From the NCBI RefSeq assembly GCF_006345805.1, contig NC_043001.1, forward strand, positions 5,084,001 through 5,148,000: a DNA stretch of 64,000 bases, given 5' to 3'. Both the position numbers and the translations under genes were made by a program. This DNA is from Octopus sinensis (lineage: Eukaryota). A model generated the notes under the pieces. The model was not told the DNA's origin. It did no database searches and saw nothing but the letters and a program-made list of their open reading frames with translations. The first letter of the stretch is position 1. Each line of letters opens with the position of its first letter. Positions 13,404 to 25,128 of this stretch are shown here, piece after piece.

Positions 13404-16344
13404 AAAAGAAGCTGGATACTCATGACTTGATATACGCAGCAGCCACTGCAACCACAAAAGAAGCTGGATACTCACCCAAACCCACCCAAACAAGAGTACC
13501 ACCACCCAAACAAACCCTGTGGATAAATAACATCCAAAACAGAATTTAAAAAAATAGAAAAGACCTGTCGATTCTTAATGAAATCAGCAAACAATCAACG
13601 CTACTGAGCAACAAAAAGAGAACAAAAATGCTCCGCAAATATAACATCACAGAAAAAGATTTGCCGGAGATAAAAGAAAAGCTGAAGCAAGATATCCTTG
13701 CCAAAGCACAAAGGATCCGTCGGTACGACAAACGCCAACGCTTCTTTGAACAGAACAAAAAGTTCAACTCCAACCCCAAAAAGTTCTACGAAGAACTCGG
13801 AAAAAATAAAGTAGAAGTCACTGCAGCACCAAAGGCAGAAGAATTGGAAGAATTCTGGAGAGAAATATGGTCGGCGAACGAACAGCCAAAAAAAAGGAGT
13901 ATCAAAATAACAAACTCGGCATCTGAACAACTTTGGACCCCCATAACAACTGAAGAGGTCACCCAGGCACTGCAAAAACTAAGCAACTGGAAGGCACCTG
14001 GCATGACAAGATCCCCAACTTCTGGTTGAAATATCTAACAGGAATGCACAAAAAGCTGGCTGAAAACTTTAACAGCATACTAGCAGAGCCAGAGACAATG
14101 CCTGAATGGCTCACGAAGGGGAAAACCATCTTAATTCCCAAATCAAATGAAACAGCAAAACCAGAAAATTACAGACCAATAACCTGCCTCCCTACTATGT
14201 TCAAGGCATTTACTGCAGTGATATCGCAAAGGCTGAACAAGCACCTGGACGAAAACAAACTGTTCCCAGAAGAGCAGAAAGGATGCCGCAAAGGCTCATA
14301 TGGCTGTAAAGATCAACTAATGATTAATAAAGCCGTAACTGAAGACAGCCACAGAAAGAAGAAAGGCTTCAGTATGGCCTGGATTGACTACAAAAAGGCG
14401 TTTGATAGCATCCCCCACGCATGGATCCTCGAAACACTAGCCATTAACAAAGTAGCACCAACAATCAAAAAATTCATAGAGCACTCTATGAATAAATGGC
14501 AAACAGTCCTACACCTCCAAACAAAAGAGGGACTCATAAAAACCAAAGACATCCCCATTAGAAGAGGAATATTCCAAGGAGACACGCTCTCTCCACTCTT
14601 TTTCTGCTTGGCACTGTCACCTCTATCTGATATGCTAAATAGAACTGGATGCGGATATAAATGTTACGGCAAAACGATCAGCCACCTTTTATATATGGAT
14701 GACCTAAAACTATACGCTGCAAATGACAAACAGCTGGAAACACTATTAAAGACAGTTCATGGATTTACCAAAGAAATAGATATGAAATTTGGCTTAGAAA
14801 AATGCGCCAACTTAACCATGAAAAGAGGAAACTAGTTAAGAGTAACAACATCACACTAGATAAAACCAATGAAATAAAAGAATTAGACCAAAGCCAAACT
14901 TACAAATACTTAGGGATCCATGAACTAGATGAGACACAACACACACAAATGAAAGAGAAAATAAAAAAAGAATATTATAGACGAGTTAGATCAATACTAA
15001 ACATAGAGCTCAATGCTAAAAACAAGATAATAGGTATCAACACTTTAGCTGTCCCAGTTATAAGTTACAGCTACAATATCCTTAACTGGACACGAAATTA
15101 ACTGACCAAAATTGATAGGAAAACAAGAAAATTAATGACAGGATCTAGGATGCATCACCCAAAATCTGACATAGAAAGACTATATATACAACGTATAGAA
15201 GGTGGTAGAGGCCTTATACAGCTGGAAAACTACTATAAAATAACCACCATAGAACTGCAAAAATACCTACTTCAGAAGGAAGGAAAACTGATCCAGATAG
15301 CAGCAAAACACGAGCAAAACAAAAAACTGTTCTCAGTATTTAAGGAAGCTGACAAATACAAACAAGAAATCATACCACCTAATAAACATGAAGAAGAAGA
15401 AGAAGATGGAGAAACAACAAAAGCTATATAACAAATGAAATCCAAACTAAAAATAGAACAGCAACGAACCATGATAAAACGATGGCAAGAAAAGCCCCTT
15501 CATGGTAAATACTGCACTTAACTAAACGCAAAAGAAATAGACAAAGAAAAATCCCAGCAATGGTTGAGAAGCTCAGGACTCAAAGCAGAAACAGAAGGAT
15601 TTTTAATTGCAGCACAAGACCAAAGCCTCCCCACCAGAAATTACCAAAATCATGTAATGAAAAGAAATATTACAAGTAACTGCAGAATATGTGGAGAGGG
15701 ACAAGAAATAATAAATCATATTATCTCTTGCTGCCCAGTCCTGGCTAAGAAGGAATATATTCACAGACATGACAAAGTTGGAACCTACATACATTGGAAG
15801 CTATGCCAACATTATGGAATAACAACAGAAAAAAGATGGTATAGGCACACACCAGAAAAGGTCACAGAAAACGAGAAAGCAACCATACTCTGGGATATGC
15901 CGATACACACAGACAGAGAAATTAAGGCCAACAGACCAGATATAGTTGTCAGAGACCATGAAGAAAAAAAATGCTTTCTAATTGATGTATCAATGCCGGC
16001 TGATGACAACGTGTCTCTAAAAGAAATGGAGAAACTCTCAAAATACAAAGACCTGGAAATAGTGGTAACTAGAATGTGGAATCTGAAAACAGAAACAATT
16101 CCTATCATAGTAGGTGCATTAGGCATGATAAAAAAATATTCAGACAAATACATAACAAAAACACCAGGACTTACAAACACATATAACATACAGAAAATTG
16201 CACTACTAGGCACTGCACACATCCTACGCAGAAAACTTTCCATACAATAACCATCAGCGCATCACAACAAATCACAGCACATACCCAAGGCACACAGAGC
16301 TGCGCTCGGTAGTGAAGTGAAAGCACGCTATAAAAATAAAACTA

Positions 16345-16347
<3 letters not shown>
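13404..16347 (+). mobile_element. 5'-truncated R4/Dong-type retrotransposon, copy 2 (same family as copy 1), disrupted
   Basis: ORF pieces 13628-14029, 14026-14835, 14802-15101, 15135-15431 and 15564-16250 carry the same RT/CCHC/RLE motifs. Position 14220 corresponds to the start of copy 1. The 3' terminus matches copy 1 and is followed by (AAT)n. Confidence 0.92.
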
Positions 16348-16382
<35 letters not shown>

Positions 16383-16399
16383 TAATAATAATAATACTG

Positions 16400-16456
<57 letters not shown>

Positions 16457-16466
16457 TAAAAATAAA

Positions 16467-16560
<94 letters not shown>

Positions 16561-16562
<2 letters not shown>

Positions 16563-16587
16563 GCACGCTATAAAAATAAAACTACTG
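16561..16587 (+). mobile_element. 27-bp 3'-terminal remnant of the same Dong-type family
   Basis: AAGCACGCTATAAAAATAAAACTACTG is identical to 16321-16347 and has (AAT)n on both sides. Confidence 0.8.
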
Positions 16588-16604
16588 AATAATAATAATA
16601 ATAA

Positions 16605-17069
16605 TAAAAGATGGGCTACAGCAAATATTCTGCTCAATACCACAGATTTGCTTGTCAGTTGTTTGACCGTAACCAGTTGAGCATGTCCCTTAGTGGCTGA
16701 CGATATGTGCATCTCTGATCACGAGCAGAAGTAGTGGGGGAGCATCATATCCATGTGTTGAGGGGGGTTCTTTGGGGTTTGAATAATTCACCTCTGGATA
16801 CATGGGTGGGTTTTTCAACATCCTTAAACAACCCTTATTCAGGGACCGTTTGAGCGGGATGGGCTACTCAACCTGAAGAAAATTCTAACTGAGCCCACCT
16901 GCCAGGTCATGTGCAGTTTATCTTGATATGTGATCACCATACCGCGCACATATGGTTGTGATGCATGTGCCTGGTGTGCCCTTATCAGACGGGTATCATG
17001 ATGGGTATATTGGGCTTCGTATATTTGTACCCCAGTGTCACTTTGATGGCATGAACTGCTCTCTCACTC
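16605..17069 (+). mobile_element. Non-coding (AAT)n-tailed element, family F, 5'-truncated
   Basis: High similarity to 24588-25055. Ends CTCTCTCACTC + (AAT)n and sits between (AAT)n tracts. Confidence 0.85.
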
Positions 17070-17087
17070 AATAATAATAATAATAAT

Positions 17088-17548
17088 GACTGCCCCAATC
17101 GATATAAATGTATCTGTCAAGACCTACCAAAAACTGAGCAAATATAAAGATCTTGAAATAGAAATAGAAATCATCAAAATGTGGAACCTGAAGACTAAAA
17201 CAATACCTGTTGTCATAGGTGCCCTGGGAATGAGAGCAAAAGGGGCTCATTGCTACCTAACTCAGATACCAGGAAACCCCAAAATGGCAGTAATTCAAAA
17301 GATAGTGCTCATGGGACCTGCTTATATCCTATACAAAATACTTTCTATGTAATCTCAAGTTTTAAAACAAACATAATTTTCGGATGTTTTTTTTTAGACA
17401 TTCACTAGTACAACACTAAGTACAAAACCAAATATATGGCACCCTAGGCATAACACCAACATGAACATCCAACTTGTTGTCTCTTGAGGTCTTTGGGTGA
17501 GACTTGGAGCTAACTTGTACAAATATAAAGCAGAAGTCAAACATAGAA
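17088..17548 (+). mobile_element. 3' fragment of a second R4/Dong-type family
   Basis: ORF 17086-17352 (KLSKYKDLEIE..MWNLKTKTIPVVIGALG) followed by a 3' UTR unlike that of copies 1 and 2, then (CTA)n/(AAT)n. Confidence 0.8.
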
Positions 17549-17849
17549 TACTACTACTACTACTACTATACTACTACTACTACTACTACTATTACTACTA
17601 CTACTACTACTACTACTACTAATAATAATAATAATAATAATAATATATTAATAATAATAATAATAATGCAACCGTTACAATTGCCATTCCCACCACTATT
17701 GCAGCTACTACTGCTGCCACATAGTGACCGGCTCACTCCCACCAGCGGAACTCCAGCAACTAACCCGAGGGCCTAAGTTCATATTAACACAACGTTTTCC
17801 TCTGTCACCTAGTGGAAACCAACAAACTTAAACATAGATTTGTAATCCC

Positions 17850-18050
17850 GGGTATCGCCGGCCTGTTTCCAGAAATTTCTTAGATGTTCTCTAAACACCT
17901 CAAACCCTTATTTCATACATTCGCCAGACATGTCGACAGCTCGAAGGAGATCTTTAAAGACTCAAGGATATCGACCTTTCCCTACTCAAGTATAACCGAT
18001 ACCTTTTCAACCTAGTTCTTGACTCCTTCTAAACTTCTGTGCCCAATCTC
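17850..18050 (+). mobile_element. Possible decayed Penelope-like RT fragment
   Basis: Translation across stops, EIS*MFSKHLKPLFHTFARHVDSS ... LVLD..LCPNL, loosely parallels the PLE RT region 'ISxFLDxxLxPLVxxLPSxIxD...LVTxDVxSLYxNI'. Weak. Confidence 0.3.
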
Positions 18051-18130
18051 CCCCCGTCGATATCACTACTGACCGCATCGAATCTATTCTTCTGTACCCC
18101 ACATATCTCCAAATCATTCCTTCCTTTCTT

Positions 18131-18210
<80 letters not shown>

Positions 18211-18309
18211 TACTCCTCTACTACTTCTTCTACTCCTCTTCTCCATCTTCTACTTCTTCTTCTTCTTCTTCTCCTTCTTCTTCTCCTTCTTCTTCTTCTG
18301 CTTCTTCTT

Positions 18310-18359
<50 letters not shown>

Positions 18360-18702
18360 TCTTCTTCTCCTTCTTCTTCTCCTCTTTCTTCTTCTCGTCG
18401 TCGTCGTCGTCCTCCATCCTTTTTCCTCCTCCTCTTCCTCCTCCTCCTCCTCCTTCTTCATTTAGCACAGAACAGCTGTCCTCCATCTGCAGTTAAACGA
18501 CTCTATTTATGAGACACGAAAGGGAGTAAACAAGCCAATAAAACCCAAACCACCAACATAGGAAGCCCATAAGCTAAGAAAGCCCATAACACCAAGAGAG
18601 AAAGTACTTCACCTGCTGAAGTGTATTTTATATTCCTTATTAATTTATGGGCGTAAATTCTAATATTTTATATATAGCAACACGTTTTATATAGAACAAC
18701 AC

Positions 18703-19088
18703 AGGTGAATGAGTGGCTGTGTAGCACGTAGCATGCTTACCAACCACATGGTTTGGGGTTCAGTCCCAATGCGTGGCACCTTGGGCAAGTGTCTTCTACT
18801 ACAGCTTCGGGCCGACCAAAGCCTTGTGAGTGTATTTGGTAGACGCAAACTGAAACAAACCCGTTGTTTATGTCTATGTATGCGTGTGTCTATGTTTGTG
18901 TGTCTGTGTTTGTGCCTCCAACATCTCTTGACAACCGATGCTGGTGTGTTTACGTCCCCGTAACTTAGAGGTTCGGCGAAAGAGACCGATAGCATAAGTA
19001 CTAGGCCTTATCAGTCCCGGGGTCAATTTGCTCGACTAAAGGTCCAGCATGGCCGCAATTAAATGACTGAAACAAGTAAAAGAAAACA
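18703..19088 (+). mobile_element. tRNA-headed SINE, family C (CORE-SINE-like), near full length
   Basis: A-box-like GTGGCTGTGTAG, B-box-like GGGTTCAGTCCC, CCTTGGGCAAGTGTCTT core, 3' tail CCAGCATGGCCGCA..TGACTGAAACAAG. Confidence 0.85.
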
Positions 19089-19845
19089 GTAAAACTCGTT
19101 TACATTAATTTTAGATAATTATTATTTCCTTCTAATTATTTTAAAGACAATTCATTCGTCACGCGCGTATCTAATTCCTATATTTATTTTAATGCTGTAA
19201 CAGTTTAACCATACTAAATTGTAAGAGTTACCCTTGATTTCAGCTATGGATTTGACTACCATCCCTATTCTATTTTACATTTAAAGTATTTTCCGTTATT
19301 TCTTAAGGCCTTTAAATACAGTAATGAATATAATTATTTTCGGCTTACTCTATCTTACTTCTCCTTATCATTCCTTACCCATCACTCATTCCTTTATTAT
19401 TACCTTATCTCTCGCCCATTTGCAAAGTTTAAGCCGACATTTGGTCCTATAACTTTTGAAAAATTTGAGAGCTGACCTAATATTAATTGCTTTTTTCACC
19501 ACTGACCAGTACACATACATAACTTACTGAAGATTAAAAAACTCTAGACGGTCGGAGCCTGTTGTTAGAAGTTTAGATAACTGAGTCATTTCTGTCAATT
19601 ATCTCCTCAACCTACTACAGTCTCTAAGAATCCCTAAAGTGTACGTTTTTCTAACCAAATATACACTATTCAGATTATTTCCTTCTGCCAACTGAAAGCG
19701 AGGAGTTTTTCAATGAAAATATATTTGCTCCGTGAACTTGTTAAACTCTGTTCAATCAGTTGAACTGTCCTTTATGCTTCAGAATCATGGTTTCATCTCC
19801 CGAAAATGGTTTCTCGACAATGGTGTAACGTTATTAATTAAAGGA

Positions 19846-20082
19846 AGGCGGCGAGCTGGCAGAAACGTTAGCACGCCGGGCGAAATACTTAGCGGTATTT
19901 CGTCTGCGGCTACGTTCTGAGTTCAAATTCCGCCGAGGTCGACTTTGCCTTTCATCCTTTCGGGGTCGATTAAATAAGTACCAGTTTCGCACTGGGGCCG
20001 ATATAATCGACCTAATCCGTTTGTCTGATCTTGTTTGTCCTCTCTGTGTTTAGCCTCTTGTGGGTTGTAAAGAAATAGGTAT
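19846..20082 (+). mobile_element. SINE family A copy
   Basis: Collinear with 5-236 and ends AAAGAAATAGGTAT. Confidence 0.88.
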
Positions 20083-20344
20083 CATTTAAAGGAGGCGTCG
20101 TTCATGGCAGTAATGAATTGATACCTGTACCACTTTGATTCTCACTTACACGTTAGACACCTGTCCTGGAATCTACGCTTCGTAAATATTATAGAGAATA
20201 TTTTGAACACGAAATACTTATCTGATTCGCTAAGTGCGGATATCCCCACTTAGCAGGATCTTATTATTTTTATACATTGCAAGAATATCAAATGACTGGC
20301 ATGTATGCACCAATTATGTTATTCACTTAATATTCTTTTCTCCT

Positions 20345-20410
20345 CTATACACAAGGCCCGAAATTTTGGGGGAGGGGGCCAGTCGATGAGATCGACCCCA
20401 GTGCGCCACT
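20345..20410 (-). mobile_element. 3' fragment of a family-A-related SINE variant
   Basis: Reverse complement contains GCACTGGGGTCGATCTCATCGAC (as in family A) but continues with a different end. Confidence 0.45.
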
Positions 20411-21061
20411 AATTAATGTTCTCTCCTCGCTTATACCACATCGGCTCAACTCCCTCCTGTATCCGTCTGTGTCCCTTCCTCTCTTCGTCTGTGTCCCTTC
20501 CTCTCTTCTTTTCATCTGACACCTACAGTCTCTCTTCCCTCCTACCCACACACAATCTTCAATAGAGTTATCCAGCATACCACTATATAAGCAACCACAC
20601 TTTACACACGCACAAACCAGCGCATGTTAATGTCACAAGTCCCAATCAACACTTACAGTCTTACAGATTCCTATATACATTCAAACTCACGCAAGCCTTC
20701 GTTTTAGGATCACTAATACGTTATTATCTCGCCAAACAAAGACACCTGCTTGTTGCCTCATACACCTGCCTTCCTCTTTTGTTTTTCTATAAATTTCAAA
20801 TGACTACACACACACACACACATATACACATTTATACATATTTATATATATATATATACATATATACGTGTGTGTATATACATATATATAGATAGATGTA
20901 TATATGTATATATATATGCATATGCATTCATATAAACATATATGTATGTATATATATGTATATATATATACATACATGTACATGCATACATATATATAAG
21001 TATATACATAAATATGTATAAATTTCTTATTACCATAAAAGCAATAATAACAATAAAATAC

Positions 21062-21106
<45 letters not shown>

Positions 21107-21112
21107 CAACAC

Positions 21113-21170
<58 letters not shown>

Positions 21171-22230
21171 TATAATTATAATTATAGTAATGATGATGAT
21201 AATACGAATAATAATAATAATGATAACAAAATCATTAACATTATTATTATCATTGTTGTCGCCGTTGTTGCTGCTGTTATTAATATTATTAATATTATTA
21301 TTATTATCGTAGTCGTCGGCATCATCATCATCATCATCAACATCTTCGTCATAATCACTACCATCTTCATGTTCATCTTATTCCCCTTCATTAGCATCTG
21401 CGTCATTCTTATTCCTCGATCTCGCGACCCATTTTGCAAAATCGTTTTCGGCAGAATGTCATAAATGATATATTTATGCTTGCTGATAAATTATATATTT
21501 TTGCGTGGAAGAACATAGTTAACGGTTACAACTTTTCAGAGTTGGACATAAAAACTACGTGTTATTTTTACAGCATTGGCACAACACAATATTATTTAGA
21601 TATTACCAGTTATTTAAATGTTAAAAGCCTCAGTACCACATCATTATCTGCAATATTTACAAAGCTTCGTATAAAATGACAAGATTATATTCCCACGCCT
21701 TTCTTTCCTTCCATTCGATCGAAACCAAAATATGAGGCACCAGTGATTCCGAATGTCTTTAAAGTAACACTTCTGAGTATACTTTCATGTATTTATTAAT
21801 ATATGCAATCAGGTATTTGTGTCGATTTCGGAAATTCATGGGTGCCTTCGTGGATTTGCTATAATCATTATTGTATGCAGGACCGGCTGCCCTAAATTGC
21901 GAGAAAATAAGCATAACAGAACTTGAAATGTTAAACGCTCTTCTCTCTCATTTCGGGATATAATGCACATTTAGCAGTCACCAAATAACTGTCAACTCTC
22001 CGGAAATTATTCCAAATTTCAACCAATTCTCGTTTCAATACTTCTTAGGTCATTTCCACTTTGATACTGCAGGGTCATTAACTGCCGAAAGATTTAACAA
22101 AATAACAAAATAACTATGCCATTCTTATACATTCGCTTGGTTAAGCATTTTTTATAATGATGTAGAGTACATACACCCACACGCACGCAGACACACACAT
22201 ATACACACACGTATACACACACACATATAT

Positions 22231-22450
22231 ATTTCTTTACTACCCACAAGGGTCTAAAGATAGAGGGCACAAACAAGGACAGACAAAGGGAGTAAGTCGA
22301 TTACATCGACCCCAGTGCGAAACTGGTACTTTATTTATTGACCTCGAAAGGATGAAAGGCAAAGTCGACCTCGGCGGAATTTGAACTCAGAACGTAAAGA
22401 CAGACGAAATACACTAAGCAATTGCCCAGCGCGCTAACGTGTCTGCCAGC

Positions 22451-22451
<1 letters not shown>
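22231..22451 (-). mobile_element. SINE family A copy
   Basis: Reverse complement is collinear with 5-236. Confidence 0.85.
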
Positions 22452-22541
<90 letters not shown>

Positions 22542-22602
22542 ATATATATAATAATATATATATATATATATATAATATATATATATATATATAATATTAT
22601 AT

Positions 22603-22680
<78 letters not shown>

Positions 22681-22690
<10 letters not shown>

Positions 22691-22902
22691 GGAAATGAAG
22701 AAAATGCTGACAAATAATTGAAGTAATTTAAGTAATTTAATTAGGTGAAAGTTCTTTTTACCGGTTGCGCATTTGTTATGCTTATCAAAATATTTTGATA
22801 AGCATAACAAATGCGCAACCGGTAAAAAGAACTTTCACCTAATTAAATTACTTAAATTACTTCAATATTTGTCAGCATTTTCTTCATTTCCTTTTTTATA
22901 TA
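22681..22902. repeat. ~220-bp spacerless palindrome
   Basis: Centre AAAAT|ATTTT at 22791/22792. The arms are exact reverse complements except for two 1-nt indels near the outer ends. Confidence 0.95.
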
Positions 22903-22904
22903 TC

Positions 22905-22932
22905 ACCACTCGTGTTCGACATCTCCCTTTTT

Positions 22933-22982
<50 letters not shown>

Positions 22983-23275
22983 ATAAATTGAGGGAGATAA
23001 ATTAATATTAATTTTATATCAATTTAAAACCAGTAGTCCAGCATTCAAAAAATCTGAGGAGTCAGAGAAAATTCAAATATGTGTATATTGGCAGGGCTGG
23101 CCTGCTAGGTAGCCGGCCAGAATGCTAGAAAAAGATCATCAACGATCAAACTACAAGAGAAATTCTCTAGAGGAAGAATTCAGCGAACACCAGAACCAAC
23201 TTTGGCGGGCAGGACATATGAAAAATTATATAAATAACAGACTTAAATGCATACCTCGGTTTCGGTCTTAACAAA
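22905..23275 (-). mobile_element. Unclassified interspersed-repeat-like segment ending in a half hammerhead motif
   Basis: Minus strand of 23247-23272 reads TTGTTAAGACC-GAAA-CCGAGG-TA-TGCA. The CUGANGA half is absent. Confidence 0.3.
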
Positions 23276-23287
23276 AGAATTACTTGC

Positions 23288-23326
<39 letters not shown>

Positions 23327-24362
23327 CTTGGGTTCCCGCAGCTCTTTGTATAAGTATTTTAACTTGACATATTTTTCAAAGCTGCTCCCTGTGATTCTTT
23401 TCAGCATTTCGTCACCAGATTATATTTATGTATACACATATTCCTATTCTATTTCTCTATAAACATATATGATATCACATTACGATGCATGTATTATTCA
23501 AGGTTGCTTTAGAAGATTATTCGAGAAATAGCGTGACATTTGTAGGATAATTGATTTGAAAGGGTATCTATCTCTGCAGCTGATTCTCAATTCATGTTAT
23601 AAATGGTAACATTACATATCAATAGAATTGCTGGATGTTGCGGCACGAAAATGAATGGCATAAAATGTTTCTTTCCGTTTTACATCGGATTTATTAAAGG
23701 ATAGATTCTCGTAAAAAGTCATTTTGTAGAGAAAAAAAAAGGTTATTTCTCTGAAATCTCATAGAGAAATGTGAGGATTCAATTTTTTTTTAGGACCTAG
23801 AATACGGAGGTATTTTCTGTTCTGTTCTATTCTATTCTCAGGTGGATACCATTTCTTTCCACTCATTCTAATCGTCACTGTCACATACTGCGTTTTTTTT
23901 ACCAACAGAAAGGACAAGTCCTATACATTTTTCGTATTGTTTTTATACTTCTGACTTCCACAAAGTAAAACAACGCATCATACAATTTTCTTGTATAATT
24001 TTAAAATGCTCGATTATTATTGAGATGTGTTGAAATTTAGCTATACGATGTGTATTTATATAGACTTACTATCTTTAGAGTAAACCTGGAATATATCTTC
24101 AGTATGCAACAATACGAAATTGTTTTTCTTTCCTTTATTGTTGTTAGTAAATTAGCATTATAAAGGTTAGAATTGTATTCTAATTTTGTTCATTGATTAG
24201 ACTGTTTTGCATTTTGCTATGTTGCTATCCAATGTTAGAAATATAGTGGCTGGTGTTGCGCCACAAAGTCGCGTGCCATCCACATATATCCGGACTCATT
24301 GTACCGGAAAAAATGAAATACCGATTTCTCAGGGTTATCCTGCTACTTGCTCTTCTATTATC

Positions 24363-24433
<71 letters not shown>

Positions 24434-24447
24434 TAATAATAATAATG

Positions 24448-24493
<46 letters not shown>

Positions 24494-24504
24494 TAATATA
24501 ATAA

Positions 24505-25055
24505 ATGCCCTGATGCAGTACCAGGCAGTGGCTCTCATGGCTTTTGATCTTAATTGATTAGAAGTGTTATCATTGTTTTGTCTTGGTATAAAAGATGGGC
24601 TACAGCAAATATTCTGCTCAATACCACAGATTTGCTTGTCAGTTGCTTGACCTTAACCAGTTGAGCATGTCCCTTAGTGGCTGACGATATGTGCATCTCT
24701 GATCACGAGCAGAAGTAGTGGGGGAGCATCATAGCCATGTGTTGAGAAGGATTCTTTGGGGTTTGAATAATTCACCTTTGGAAACATGGGTGGTTCTTTC
24801 AACATCCTTAAACAACACTTATTCAGGGACCTTTTGAGCGGGATGGGCTACTCAACCTGAAGAAAATTCTAACTGGGCCCCACCTGCAAGTTCATGTGCT
24901 GTTTATCTTGATATGAGATCACCATGTCGCGCACATATGGTTGTGATGCATGTGCCTGGTGTACCTTTATCAGACGGGTAGTCATGATGGGTATATTGGG
25001 CTTCATATATTTGTACCCCAGTGTCACTTTGATGGCATGAACTGCTCTCTCACTC
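24505..25055 (+). mobile_element. Non-coding (AAT)n-tailed element, family F, apparently full length (~550 bp)
   Basis: Flanked by (AAT)n on both sides (24364-24503 and 25056-25146). Other copies at 16605 and 57378(-). Confidence 0.88.

Positions 25056-25128
<73 letters not shown>

Noticed and set aside
16680-16735. CTGACGA within family F as a hammerhead core
   Set aside because: No valid stem II, and GAAG rather than GAAA.
19190-19830. Minus-strand decayed LINE-like sequence (also 33320-34620)
   Set aside because: Composition is suggestive, but I could not recover diagnostic RT or endonuclease motifs.
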